NCBI GenBank assembly: GCA_944390285.1
Contig: CALXPN010000001.1
Span: forward strand, 210,413-274,412
Length of the DNA: 64,000 bases
From: an uncultured Clostridia bacterium
GTDB taxonomy: Bacteria > Bacillota > Clostridia > TANB77 > CAG-508
Direction of reading: 5' to 3'
The notes below the pieces were generated by a model. The model was not told where the DNA came from, made no database searches, and was given only the letters and a program-made list of their open reading frames with translations. A program made the position numbers and the translations under genes. Below are positions 42,471-51,637 of the stretch, one piece after another (positions within the stretch are counted from its first letter, which is position 1; each line of letters opens with the position of its first letter).

Positions 42471-42917
42471 TTAATTATGAAAAAATTTTTTTAATAATTT
42501 TAATATTTTTTCATGAAATTTTTCTTTTTTAGTTTCTATTAAAGCTTTTTCTTTAATTGTTTCAGAAATATTTTCAGTTGAAGAATCTTTAAAGAGATTA
42601 TCTGGATTATATTTCTTTAATTTTTCTTCTTCTAATTTTCTCCTTTCATAATTTTGCATATTAATAATCTTTTGTCTTTGAGTTTCTGTTGCCCAATAAT
42701 CTCTAAATAATATTGCTATAATACCTTTTGCAATTTTTGATACATTTTGTTCATTTAATGTTTTATTTGGATCATAATTAAAAATATAGTCTTTATTTGC
42801 ATTAGTTTCAAATAATTCTATTTTATCTTTGGGTATTTTATTATAGTCTTCTATTGGAATATATTTTAATATTTCTAATACCTCTTTATACGCTATTCCA
42901 TATTCTAATTTTATCAT
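42471..42917 (-). CDS. hypothetical helical protein, paralog of 40497-40976
   Basis: See the paralog entry; 148 aa. Confidence 0.6.
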   Translation of the reverse strand: MIKLEYGIAYKEVLEILKYIPIEDYNKIPKDKIELFETNANKDYIFNYDPNKTLNEQNVSKIAKGIIAILFRDYWATETQRQKIINMQNYERRKLEEEKLKKYNPDNLFKDSSTENISETIKEKALIETKKEKFHEKILKLLKKFFHN

Positions 42918-42933
42918 AAAAAACTCCTTACCC

Positions 42934-44499
42934 TTAAAATAATCCTTTTTCGTTTAAATCTTTATTACCTTCTTTTTTCTTTTTTCCTTCTTTTTCTATA
43001 TTAGCAATTAACTCAACATCTGGTTGTTCTTCTGAAGTTTCTCTGCATAAGTCCTCTACTGATTTTGTTCTACTTCTTTCTAGTCCTGTATATAAACCAG
43101 CATATCTACTATTAGCAATTTCTCTTTTCAAACCTTTTTGATAAGTCGCTGTATTAGTTCTTTCCAAATTATGATCTAATTTGTCACTAACAGACCAATA
43201 TGTTATTCCTTCTATTTGAATTTCTGTTTCATTAATCGCGTCCGAAATTTCTTTAATTTTTTGTTCTTTATAATTATATATAAATTCTGGACTATATTTT
43301 TTACTAATTCTTCCTTTTTCATCAAATAAAAATTTTTCCGGCAAACACATATCAAATTCTGTTATTTGAATTCCTATTCCTGCTTTTTCTAATTTTTTTA
43401 AATCGTAAAAACATTTTTTAATTTCCCCTATATCTTGTGTCATTACAATATGCATTTGACTACCTAATGTATCTATCAAAGGTATATGTTCATTTATTTC
43501 TTCTAATTGATCTATTACTGCTTTTCTTCTTTCATGATTTTCTAAAAATGGTTCATTATATAAATACTTAACACCATCTGGTTTATTATCATAAGCATAC
43601 CCAAAAACTTCTACTAATTCTTGTGTTGATATACCATACAATTCTTGCCACATATTCCTATATGGCTCATCAAAAGAAATTATCTCATTAAATAAATCCA
43701 CAGAATTTATTATCCCTTTTCCATTTATTTTATGTTCTTCATTATATTTAGAAATAAAGTCTATAGATTGTTTTACATATTCTTTTAACTCTTTTAAAAT
43801 TTCTTGTTTTGACTTTCCTTTGAAATGATCTTCTAATGTTTGCTTATCTAATAAAGTATGATATCTTACATTCATTCCATTTCTATAACAGAAATCTAAT
43901 GCTCTTTTCGGATAATAAAAATCATATTTTTCCATATTAGGTATATTTTCATTATATAATTTTTTTGTTACATCATAAAATCTACCAGAAGCTACTAAAA
44001 CTGTATTATGATTATGTAAGTTTTCATTCAAGCCTAGTAGTTCTTCATAAGTTACGCTTTTAATTTGATCTCTCTCAGATGCAATAAATCTATGTGATTT
44101 TTCTGCAACAGAATTATATTGTTCTGGATTTTCTTCTTGTAATCTTGAAACAAAACCTTCATAACCACCTTTTAAAAATAGTTTTATATATTTTTTATCA
44201 TATATTCCAGAATGTTCTAAGACAGATCTAACTACACTATTTCTATCCATTATTTTTTGTTTTAATGGGATTAAAGTTTTTTTATATTGCTCTACTAATC
44301 TTCTTTTTATATTTTCTATATCATTTTCTCTCCAATTTATCATATCTGCTTCTGAAACATTAAATTGTGAACATTCTAACACAAACTTCTGTAATTCTTC
44401 TATATTTTTACATTGAATTATACTTAATAAATCAATAGTTTCTGAATTAAGATAAATTCCATTTACTGGAGAATCTATTCTTAATGAAAATTGCTTCAT
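42934..44499 (-). CDS. GH10-like (beta/alpha)8 glycoside hydrolase-fold protein, cytoplasmic
   Basis: RYHTLLDKQ (cf. GHTLVW), DLFNEIISFD (cf. WDVVNE acid/base), LGSQMH (cf. GIG.Q.H), IQITEFDM (cf. ITELD nucleophile). No signal peptide. ~190-aa N-terminal extension and K/E-rich tail. Confidence 0.45.
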   Translation of the reverse strand: MKQFSLRIDSPVNGIYLNSETIDLLSIIQCKNIEELQKFVLECSQFNVSEADMINWRENDIENIKRRLVEQYKKTLIPLKQKIMDRNSVVRSVLEHSGIYDKKYIKLFLKGGYEGFVSRLQEENPEQYNSVAEKSHRFIASERDQIKSVTYEELLGLNENLHNHNTVLVASGRFYDVTKKLYNENIPNMEKYDFYYPKRALDFCYRNGMNVRYHTLLDKQTLEDHFKGKSKQEILKELKEYVKQSIDFISKYNEEHKINGKGIINSVDLFNEIISFDEPYRNMWQELYGISTQELVEVFGYAYDNKPDGVKYLYNEPFLENHERRKAVIDQLEEINEHIPLIDTLGSQMHIVMTQDIGEIKKCFYDLKKLEKAGIGIQITEFDMCLPEKFLFDEKGRISKKYSPEFIYNYKEQKIKEISDAINETEIQIEGITYWSVSDKLDHNLERTNTATYQKGLKREIANSRYAGLYTGLERSRTKSVEDLCRETSEEQPDVELIANIEKEGKKKKEGNKDLNEKGLF

Positions 44500-44675
44500 T
44501 TTATCACCCTATTATAAAACTAGATTTTATAGTATTTATAATTATTATAACAATAACTTTTTATATTTACAATCTAATTAATTGATATTATTTTTCAAAA
44601 TTTAAATTCAATTTTAATTTTTTATGATATAATTATTATAATTTATTTTATAATAATAAATAGGGAGATTAAATT

Positions 44676-45230
44676 ATGAATTTAAAAAAAGAAATTGAAA
44701 ATTATGTTCCATTTAATGAACAAGAAGAAAACGATAAAAAACAATTTTTAAAATTTATAAACACTTTTGATGATATATTGACTAGAAAAAATACATTTGG
44801 GCACTTCTCTTCATCTGCATTTGTAGTTAATAAAGAAAGAAATAAAATGCTTGGAGTATATCATCTAATATATAATGGTTGGATTTATCCAGGTGGACAT
44901 GCAGATGGTGAAAACGATCTCCTTTCTGTTGCAATTCGTGAAATTAAAGAAGAATCTGGTCTTACACCTAAAATATTGGATGATTCTATTTTCTCAATTC
45001 AATCTGTAGCTGTAAAAGGACATATGAAAAGAGGTGAATACGTTTTACCACATATTCATTTTGATACTATATATTTAATGGAAGCAGATGACAAGATACC
45101 TTTAGCATATAAAAAAGATGAATCCAAAGGAATAAAATGGATTTCTTTTGAAAATATAGCTGATGAAAATATTTGTGATTTTGGTAGACCAATTCATGAA
45201 AAATTAGTAAAAAAACTTTTCTCAAAATAA
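44676..45230 (+). CDS. NUDIX hydrolase
   Basis: Nudix box GGHADGENDLLSVAIREIKEESGL. Confidence 0.85.
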   Translation: MNLKKEIENYVPFNEQEENDKKQFLKFINTFDDILTRKNTFGHFSSSAFVVNKERNKMLGVYHLIYNGWIYPGGHADGENDLLSVAIREIKEESGLTPKILDDSIFSIQSVAVKGHMKRGEYVLPHIHFDTIYLMEADDKIPLAYKKDESKGIKWISFENIADENICDFGRPIHEKLVKKLFSK

Positions 45231-45243
45231 AATAATTTTTATA

Positions 45244-46287
45244 TTATCTATCATCAGGATATTCATCATGATCAATCTGTGATATATCATTTGGATATGT
45301 ATTAAAGTATTCATCATTCATTATAAATTCTTCCATCTTTCCGTCTAATATAGCTTGACTTGCTCTTTTCAAAAACTCTGGTAACTCTTCTACAGCTTTT
45401 TTATATTCTTCATCTTCTTTATACTCTATATGAATCATTTCTCCATCTTGAAAACCTAAATGATCTCCTTGATGAGTTGCAAATTCATATTCTCTTTTCT
45501 CCATTAATTCAAAAAACTCATCAATATTTCCACATTTAATTTCAATTCCTCCATTTAAAACTAAAGCACTTATTGAGCTATCACTTAAATTTCCTAATGA
45601 TTGAGCTTTTCTTTTTTCTACATCTGAGTTTATATCTGATATATAACCATCTGCACCAACAAATACCATTGGTCCTACTAATAAAATATTTGGATTTACA
45701 TTATTATAATAATATCCTAATGCTTCAAACTCTTTATGTGGTGTTTTTGTATTAATAGCTCTTCCATTTTCTATTAATCTATTACTAACTCTTTGAAAAC
45801 CTATACTATGCTCATTATACATATGTCTTGACATATTGTTTTTTACATCATTCATAGATAATGGATGTAAATTAGGATTTTTTGAATCTTTTTGTTGGTT
45901 ATTACCATAAATTCTTTGTATGCTTTTATCATGGAAATCATCTGAACTAATTCCTACTTGATAGTCTTCTCCAAAAAATTCGTCTAATAATTTATATATT
46001 CTCTCATCATAAATTGTTCCATTTATAAGCATACTACATGATTCGATTTTTACTTCTTTTTCTTTTGCAATTTCTAACAACATTTTTAAATGTTCATATG
46101 CCAAAAATACTTCTCCACCAGATAAATCTAATGTTCCTACATATTTCACTTCATCAAAAACTTTTTCTATAATTTCTCTTGATATATCTTTATTTCTAGC
46201 TTCTCCTCTAAAACAATGTCTACAATTTAAATTACATCTTTGTGTTAATTCAATTCCTAAATGTGGAGTTATAATTGCTTTTTTCAT
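45244..46287 (-). CDS. radical SAM protein, function unknown
   Basis: CNLNCRHCF (CxxxCxxC) near the N-terminus and GGE motif (LSGGEVF). No C-terminal SPASM-type Cys cluster visible. Confidence 0.75.
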   Translation of the reverse strand: MKKAIITPHLGIELTQRCNLNCRHCFRGEARNKDISREIIEKVFDEVKYVGTLDLSGGEVFLAYEHLKMLLEIAKEKEVKIESCSMLINGTIYDERIYKLLDEFFGEDYQVGISSDDFHDKSIQRIYGNNQQKDSKNPNLHPLSMNDVKNNMSRHMYNEHSIGFQRVSNRLIENGRAINTKTPHKEFEALGYYYNNVNPNILLVGPMVFVGADGYISDINSDVEKRKAQSLGNLSDSSISALVLNGGIEIKCGNIDEFFELMEKREYEFATHQGDHLGFQDGEMIHIEYKEDEEYKKAVEELPEFLKRASQAILDGKMEEFIMNDEYFNTYPNDISQIDHDEYPDDR

Positions 46288-46311
46288 TTACATTTCCTTT
46301 CTTATTTTTAA

Positions 46312-46351
46312 GCCCTGTGTGTTTGTATATCATTAAATCAACACACAGGGC
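46312..46351. terminator. G+C-rich hairpin between the radical SAM gene and the upstream small ORF
   Basis: 12-bp perfect stem GCCCTGTGTGTT/AACACACAGGGC; the U-tract is poor on both strands. Confidence 0.5.
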
Positions 46352-46363
46352 CTTTCTGGTTTA

Positions 46364-46675
46364 TCATCTTCTCCACATTGTTCTTTGAGCTTCTGCCATA
46401 TCTTCAGGCATAATAACTACGAAGAAATCTCCATCAGATTCATATCTGACTGTCTCTTCAATAACTTGCAAACTTTTTGCATAGTCCTTTAAAAAAGATA
46501 TGCAAATTTCCTTTGTTTCTTCACTCCCAAATAGTTGAAGTTTGATGATATTGCCTGTACTAGGCTCAACCAGTTTTACAGGATTTTCTTGTTCCTTTTT
46601 CCGTCTGTATGAGTTTTCTTTTGCAAGGTTTCTTCCTGCATTAAAACTCTCCTTGATGTTTTTAAAAAATCCCAT
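46364..46675 (-). CDS. hypothetical 103-aa protein
   Basis: ORF preceded by AAAGGAGGAAC. Visibly higher G+C than neighbours. No motif recognised. Confidence 0.55.
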   Translation of the reverse strand: MGFFKNIKESFNAGRNLAKENSYRRKKEQENPVKLVEPSTGNIIKLQLFGSEETKEICISFLKDYAKSLQVIEETVRYESDGDFFVVIMPEDMAEAQRTMWRR

Positions 46676-46762
46676 GCTTTGTTCCTCCTTTTTAATTGTA
46701 TAGGATTTATAATTATTTGTAACTATTTGTTATTTTAACATATTTTACATAATATTTCAATT

Positions 46763-47260
46763 CTATTTACTTCTTACTATAATTTTATCAATAGAACTTC
46801 TAATACCATTATATTCAAATTCTACATAATAATTATTCTCTTGTTTTATAGAATTTTTAAAATTATTTAAATTCGAAATATAATTTTCTTTATCATTATA
46901 ATACGATAATTCTGTTCCATTTAAATTTATATCAAGCTTTGTGAAAGCTGTACTTTCAATATCTTCTAATAATATATCTATTAGTTTATTCATTGAATCT
47001 GAATTTAAGTCTCCTTCATATAATAGAATCCTATCATCTAAAGTAAATGAATCATATTCTTTACTTTGGGCAGAACTATTTTTTTCATTATCTGAAACTT
47101 TATTTTTAGAAGTAGCTCTTTCTCCACTAGTATCTACAACAACCTCTTTTTTATTTTGTTTGTATTTTATGTATTCTGGCCTTATTACTGCAAACACAAT
47201 TAATAAAATAAAAAGTAACAATATTATTATAAAAATAATTTTAAATATATTTTTTAGCAT
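46763..47260 (-). CDS. membrane-anchored hypothetical protein
   Basis: N-terminal TM helix IIFIIILLLFILLIVFAVI followed by a soluble domain. Confidence 0.55.
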   Translation of the reverse strand: MLKNIFKIIFIIILLLFILLIVFAVIRPEYIKYKQNKKEVVVDTSGERATSKNKVSDNEKNSSAQSKEYDSFTLDDRILLYEGDLNSDSMNKLIDILLEDIESTAFTKLDINLNGTELSYYNDKENYISNLNNFKNSIKQENNYYVEFEYNGIRSSIDKIIVRSK

Positions 47261-47401
47261 AAATACTCCTTAATTTTTATATTAATTCTATTTAATAATA
47301 TTACTTATTTTCTATTTTGTAAATACAAAAACATATATCATTAATATTTTTTATAATTTTTGACAAATTTTAGTTTCTTTACAAATTTATTGAAGTTTAT
47401 T

Positions 47402-48376
47402 CTATTGCTGTACTTCTGAATAATTTAATATTATATCTTTATAAATATCTAACGGATCTTTTATTTCTTTTTCATTAAAATGATCTTGAACATAATCATA
47501 GCTATAAGTTATTTGTATTCCACCATCAAATTCAGTCATCAAAGCATAATTTGTTATCAATCCATCTTCACTTAGAATAATTCTACATTTTGCTTTGTTA
47601 AAATTATTTATATAAATAGTATTTTCTTTTATTGAAACTTGATACATAGGATTTATAGATGCAAATAAAATACTCTTTAAATTAGAAGGTATAAAATTAA
47701 AAGTATTATCTTTTATTATTCTTCCTGTGCCTATTATTATTTCCCATGCCTCTTCATCTAAATAATTATCAATATTATTCATATAATAATAAGCCTTATT
47801 TTCTTTATCATATATAAGTGTATATGCAAGTTTTCTATCATAATCATAAAAGTCTATATAATGCGGAATCTCATTACCATTTTTATCTGTTGGCATATCA
47901 TCTGAATTATAATCTCCATAAGAATAGTTTATCACTTTATTTCCTATCTTTTCTACCGTATAATCAACTGTAGCATTTTCCCTATAAGAATAGCACGATT
48001 CATTCATCCAAAATTTTTCTTCCGAAAAACTATCAGCTATTTTGTAATATCTAAATAGAGCTATAAATTTATATACTGACCAAATAAAATATACTATAAA
48101 TATAATAAGTAATATTTTCAATATAGTATGTTTGTTTTTCATAGTCTTAGTTTGAAAAGATTTTTTTTCCAACTCGTCCATTTCATCATTTAATAAATAT
48201 TCAAAACTAACATCAAAATATTTAGAAATTTCTTTAATTTTCTCAATATCTGGTTTAGTTGTACCTGCTTCCCATTTTGATACAGCCTGCCTTGAAACAT
48301 TTATTTCATTTCCAAATTCTTCTTGTGAAAGACCTCTTTCTTTTCTTAATTTCATTAATTTTTCATTTAATTTCAT
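47402..48376 (-). CDS. XRE-family HTH protein with TM helix and C-terminal domain
   Basis: HTH LSQEEFGNEINVSRQAVSKWEAG and a TM segment around residue 95. Start set to ATG 48376, after GAGGAG. Confidence 0.8.
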   Translation of the reverse strand: MKLNEKLMKLRKERGLSQEEFGNEINVSRQAVSKWEAGTTKPDIEKIKEISKYFDVSFEYLLNDEMDELEKKSFQTKTMKNKHTILKILLIIFIVYFIWSVYKFIALFRYYKIADSFSEEKFWMNESCYSYRENATVDYTVEKIGNKVINYSYGDYNSDDMPTDKNGNEIPHYIDFYDYDRKLAYTLIYDKENKAYYYMNNIDNYLDEEAWEIIIGTGRIIKDNTFNFIPSNLKSILFASINPMYQVSIKENTIYINNFNKAKCRIILSEDGLITNYALMTEFDGGIQITYSYDYVQDHFNEKEIKDPLDIYKDIILNYSEVQQ

Positions 48377-48657
48377 TTGTACATCACTCCTCATAATTTT
48401 ATTATAAAAAAATAGTCAAAATACTTCAACCATTTTGTATAATCAATTTGTCAACTACACATAACATTGTATTTAAAGGCTTACAAATTCACTATTACAC
48501 TAATTAAATTTTTTTATTAAATTTTGTCATATCATTAATTTTATTTTCAAATTTAATTATTTTTTTGTCATGTTTCTAAAATAAACTTTTAATTATGTAG
48601 AATATATTATTACTAAATGATATAATAAATTAAATAAAATATGGAAAGGATTAATTT

Positions 48658-49533
48658 ATGGAATTAATACAAGTTGGAGAAAAAACTTATTATATAAAAA
48701 ATGCTACTAATATTGGTATATACAAAATAAATGATAATAATGTTTATTTAATTGATAGTGGAAATGATAAAGATGCTGGAAAGAAAATTTTAAAAATTAT
48801 TGAAAGTAACAATTGGAAAGTAAAAGGAATTATAAACACTCATTCCAATGCAGATCATATTGGAGGAAATAAAATTATTCAAGATAGAACTAATTGTGAT
48901 ATCTATTCTAAAGGCATCGAAAAAACTTTTACAGAATTTCCTATATTAGAATCTTCTTTTTTATATGGAGGATATCCTTTTAAAAATCTTAAAAATAAAT
49001 TTTTACTTGCGAAATCTTCAAATGTTATACAAATACAAGATAATTTACCTGAAGGTTTAGAATATTTCTCACTAAAAGGTCATTTTTTTGATATGATAGG
49101 AATTAAAACAAGTGATAATATATATTTTTTAGCTGATTCATTATTTAGTAGAGAAACTATTACAAAATATCATTTATTTTTTATTTATGATATAAAAGAA
49201 TATCTTAAAACTTTAGATTTTTTAAGTACTCTAAATGGTAATTTATACATACCTTCTCATTGTGAAGCAACTCACGATATTTCTTCTTTAATAGAAATTA
49301 ATAAGAATAAAATTGAAGAAATATCAAATAAAATTTATAATGTCTGTGAAAATGAAAAAACTTTTGAAGAAATACTAAAATATATTTTTGATGAATATAA
49401 TTTAAATATGAACGAAAATCAATATGTACTTGTAGGAAGCACAATTAAATCTTATTTATCATATTTAAATGATGAAAATAAATTAAACTATAAATTTAAT
49501 AATAATAAAATGTTATGGAAAAAAATTACTTAA
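48658..49533 (+). CDS. MBL-fold metallo-hydrolase
   Basis: NTHSNADHIGG (HxHxDH-type motif). Confidence 0.75.
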   Translation: MELIQVGEKTYYIKNATNIGIYKINDNNVYLIDSGNDKDAGKKILKIIESNNWKVKGIINTHSNADHIGGNKIIQDRTNCDIYSKGIEKTFTEFPILESSFLYGGYPFKNLKNKFLLAKSSNVIQIQDNLPEGLEYFSLKGHFFDMIGIKTSDNIYFLADSLFSRETITKYHLFFIYDIKEYLKTLDFLSTLNGNLYIPSHCEATHDISSLIEINKNKIEEISNKIYNVCENEKTFEEILKYIFDEYNLNMNENQYVLVGSTIKSYLSYLNDENKLNYKFNNNKMLWKKIT

Positions 49534-49605
49534 TAATTATAAAATAACTTTATTGCCAAATATTATAAAAAATTAGTCTAATTAAATTTTAGAAAGGAGA
49601 AAATT

Positions 49606-49794
49606 ATGGAAAAAAAATTAAAAATAATACTAGAAAATTGCCCTCAAAATCACAAATGTCCAGCTGTAAATGTTTGTCCAGTTGGAGCTCTTTCTCAAAA
49701 AAATTTTGAAGCTCCAACAATAGACCATGATAAATGCATAAAATGTGGAAAATGTTCAAACTTCTGTCCTAAAAAAGCTTTAATTTTAGAATAA
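49606..49794 (+). CDS. 4Fe-4S ferredoxin
   Basis: CIKCGKCSNFCP plus a second Cys cluster CPQNHKCPAVNVCP; 62 aa. Confidence 0.8.
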   Translation: MEKKLKIILENCPQNHKCPAVNVCPVGALSQKNFEAPTIDHDKCIKCGKCSNFCPKKALILE

Positions 49795-49846
49795 GCTAAT
49801 TACATATATAATTAAATATTCAATAATTATGAAAGGAAAGAGTAAT

Positions 49847-50308
49847 ATGAGAGATTTTGAAAAAATTAGTTTTGAACAATTTTGTAAAGATGTAAAAAAA
49901 GATAAAACACTTTATGACACATATAAGTTACCTACAAGAGATTCTAAATCAACAGCTGGATATGATATATATCTATTAGAAAATTTAGAATTGAAACCAA
50001 AAGAAATTGTTAAACTACCTACAGGGATAAAATCATACTTTCAAAATGATGAAGTATTACTGATTGTCATAAGAAGTTCAATGGGATTTAAATATAATAT
50101 TAGATTAGTAAATCAAATAGGAATAATTGATGCAGATTATTATAATAACAAAGATAATGAAGGACATATTTTCATAAAAATTCAAAATGAAGGGCCAGAA
50201 ACAGTAAATTTTAAATCTGGTGAAGCAATAGCTCAAGGTATCTTTTTAAAATATTTAACTACTAAAAGCGATTCCAATTTGAGGTTAGATAGAAGATCTG
50301 ATTACTAA
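49847..50308 (+). CDS. dut: dUTP diphosphatase (trimeric dUTPase family)
   Basis: AGYDIY and GIIDADYY motifs. Confidence 0.75.
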   Translation: MRDFEKISFEQFCKDVKKDKTLYDTYKLPTRDSKSTAGYDIYLLENLELKPKEIVKLPTGIKSYFQNDEVLLIVIRSSMGFKYNIRLVNQIGIIDADYYNNKDNEGHIFIKIQNEGPETVNFKSGEAIAQGIFLKYLTTKSDSNLRLDRRSDY

Positions 50309-50378
50309 ATATAAATTAAAATAGAAAAAGTTAAGATTATAAATTTTAATCTTAACTTTTTTATTTTATTATTCAATT

Positions 50379-50573
50379 TTATTTATCAATTTTAGAATAA
50401 ATTCCTATTGAAATTAAACCACTAATTCCAACTAATGAATATACTATTCTGCTTAATAAACTCATCTCTCCAAATAATGTAGCAACCAAATCAAAACTAA
50501 AAAGCCCTATTAAAAGCCAATTTATAGCTCCTACAATTACTAAAGTTAATGCTATATAATATAATATTTTCAT
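50379..50573 (-). CDS. DUF378 small membrane protein
   Basis: VGAINWLLIGLFSFDLVATLFG is the DUF378 signature. Start at ATG 50573, after GGAGG. Confidence 0.75.
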   Translation of the reverse strand: MKILYYIALTLVIVGAINWLLIGLFSFDLVATLFGEMSLLSRIVYSLVGISGLISIGIYSKIDK

Positions 50574-50901
50574 AATATTTAAACCTCCATTATTCTGGTT
50601 CTTATAAATATTATGCTTATATATAGTAAAATTATGCAAAATATTTATTCAAAATTTTTAGTTAATATTATTCCACGAACTTATATCAAATTGCTTTAAA
50701 GTCACAATGGAAACATGTTAATTAATTTTTACTTTATGTAAGATTTCAAAAATATATCATTTTGCTTGTTTGACCTACAAAAAAATTATATAATAAATCT
50801 ATAAAAAGAGTGGAAAAAATTGAATAATCAAGTTTGGATTTAAATTAAATATAAAATATATAAATTTAATAAATTTTATAACCAAAACATGGAGGAATTA
50901 T

Positions 50902-51495
50902 ATGAAGAAAAAAATTATTTCAATTATATTAGGTATATTCTTTTTGCTTACATTAGTATTGTTTGGATTAGAATTATATTTTCAATTTGGTAATCCATTA
51001 TTTATAATTGGACTAGATTTTTTCATATTTGGAATTATCTCAATTAAATACTTTACTTATGGCTATTTAATAACAATAGTTGGTTTATATATATTACTAT
51101 ATACTTTAGATATATGGAAAATAGACCAACATGTCTTTCAATATATAATGGTTATATTTTTTCCAATTGTTCCTGGATTTGTGCTTTTTTCAGAAAAAAA
51201 TGATAAAAGGAGATTCATTAAAAATGGTTATTCTGAAGTAGAAGCAATATGTAAAGGCACTGATTTTTATAATGGATATAAATTCGAATATTACTTAAAT
51301 AAAAAAAAATATGTAGGAATTTCATATAAGACAGGATATTTTAACTATCATAAAAACGAAAAAGTAAAAATATATGTATCTAGTAAAAATCCAGAAAAAA
51401 TATTTGTTAGCATGCCAAAAAAACAAATAGAATTAGTAAAAAAAATAACCATTTTTTTATCAATATTTGCTATATTCATTATAATTTTAATGTAA
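50902..51495 (+). CDS. membrane protein of unknown function
   Basis: Four N-terminal TM segments, a soluble segment and a C-terminal TM. RBS GGAGG. Confidence 0.6.
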   Translation: MKKKIISIILGIFFLLTLVLFGLELYFQFGNPLFIIGLDFFIFGIISIKYFTYGYLITIVGLYILLYTLDIWKIDQHVFQYIMVIFFPIVPGFVLFSEKNDKRRFIKNGYSEVEAICKGTDFYNGYKFEYYLNKKKYVGISYKTGYFNYHKNEKVKIYVSSKNPEKIFVSMPKKQIELVKKITIFLSIFAIFIIILM

Positions 51496-51583
51496 AATCG
51501 TTTAACAAATATTTCATCAACTTGTAGCCTTTAATAACTTAAAGCATTTACATAACCAGCATTAGTCTCTAGAATTCAAACAT

Positions 51584-51621
51584 AAAAAATGTCCTCATTT
51601 TTAGAAAGAGGACATTTTTTT
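51584..51621. terminator. bidirectional terminator at the left border of the defence island
   Basis: AAAAAATGTCCTC/GAGGACATTTTTT stem flanked by an A-run and a T-run. Sits between convergent genes. Confidence 0.85.
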
Positions 51622-51637
51622 AGTAAAGTAATGGAAA

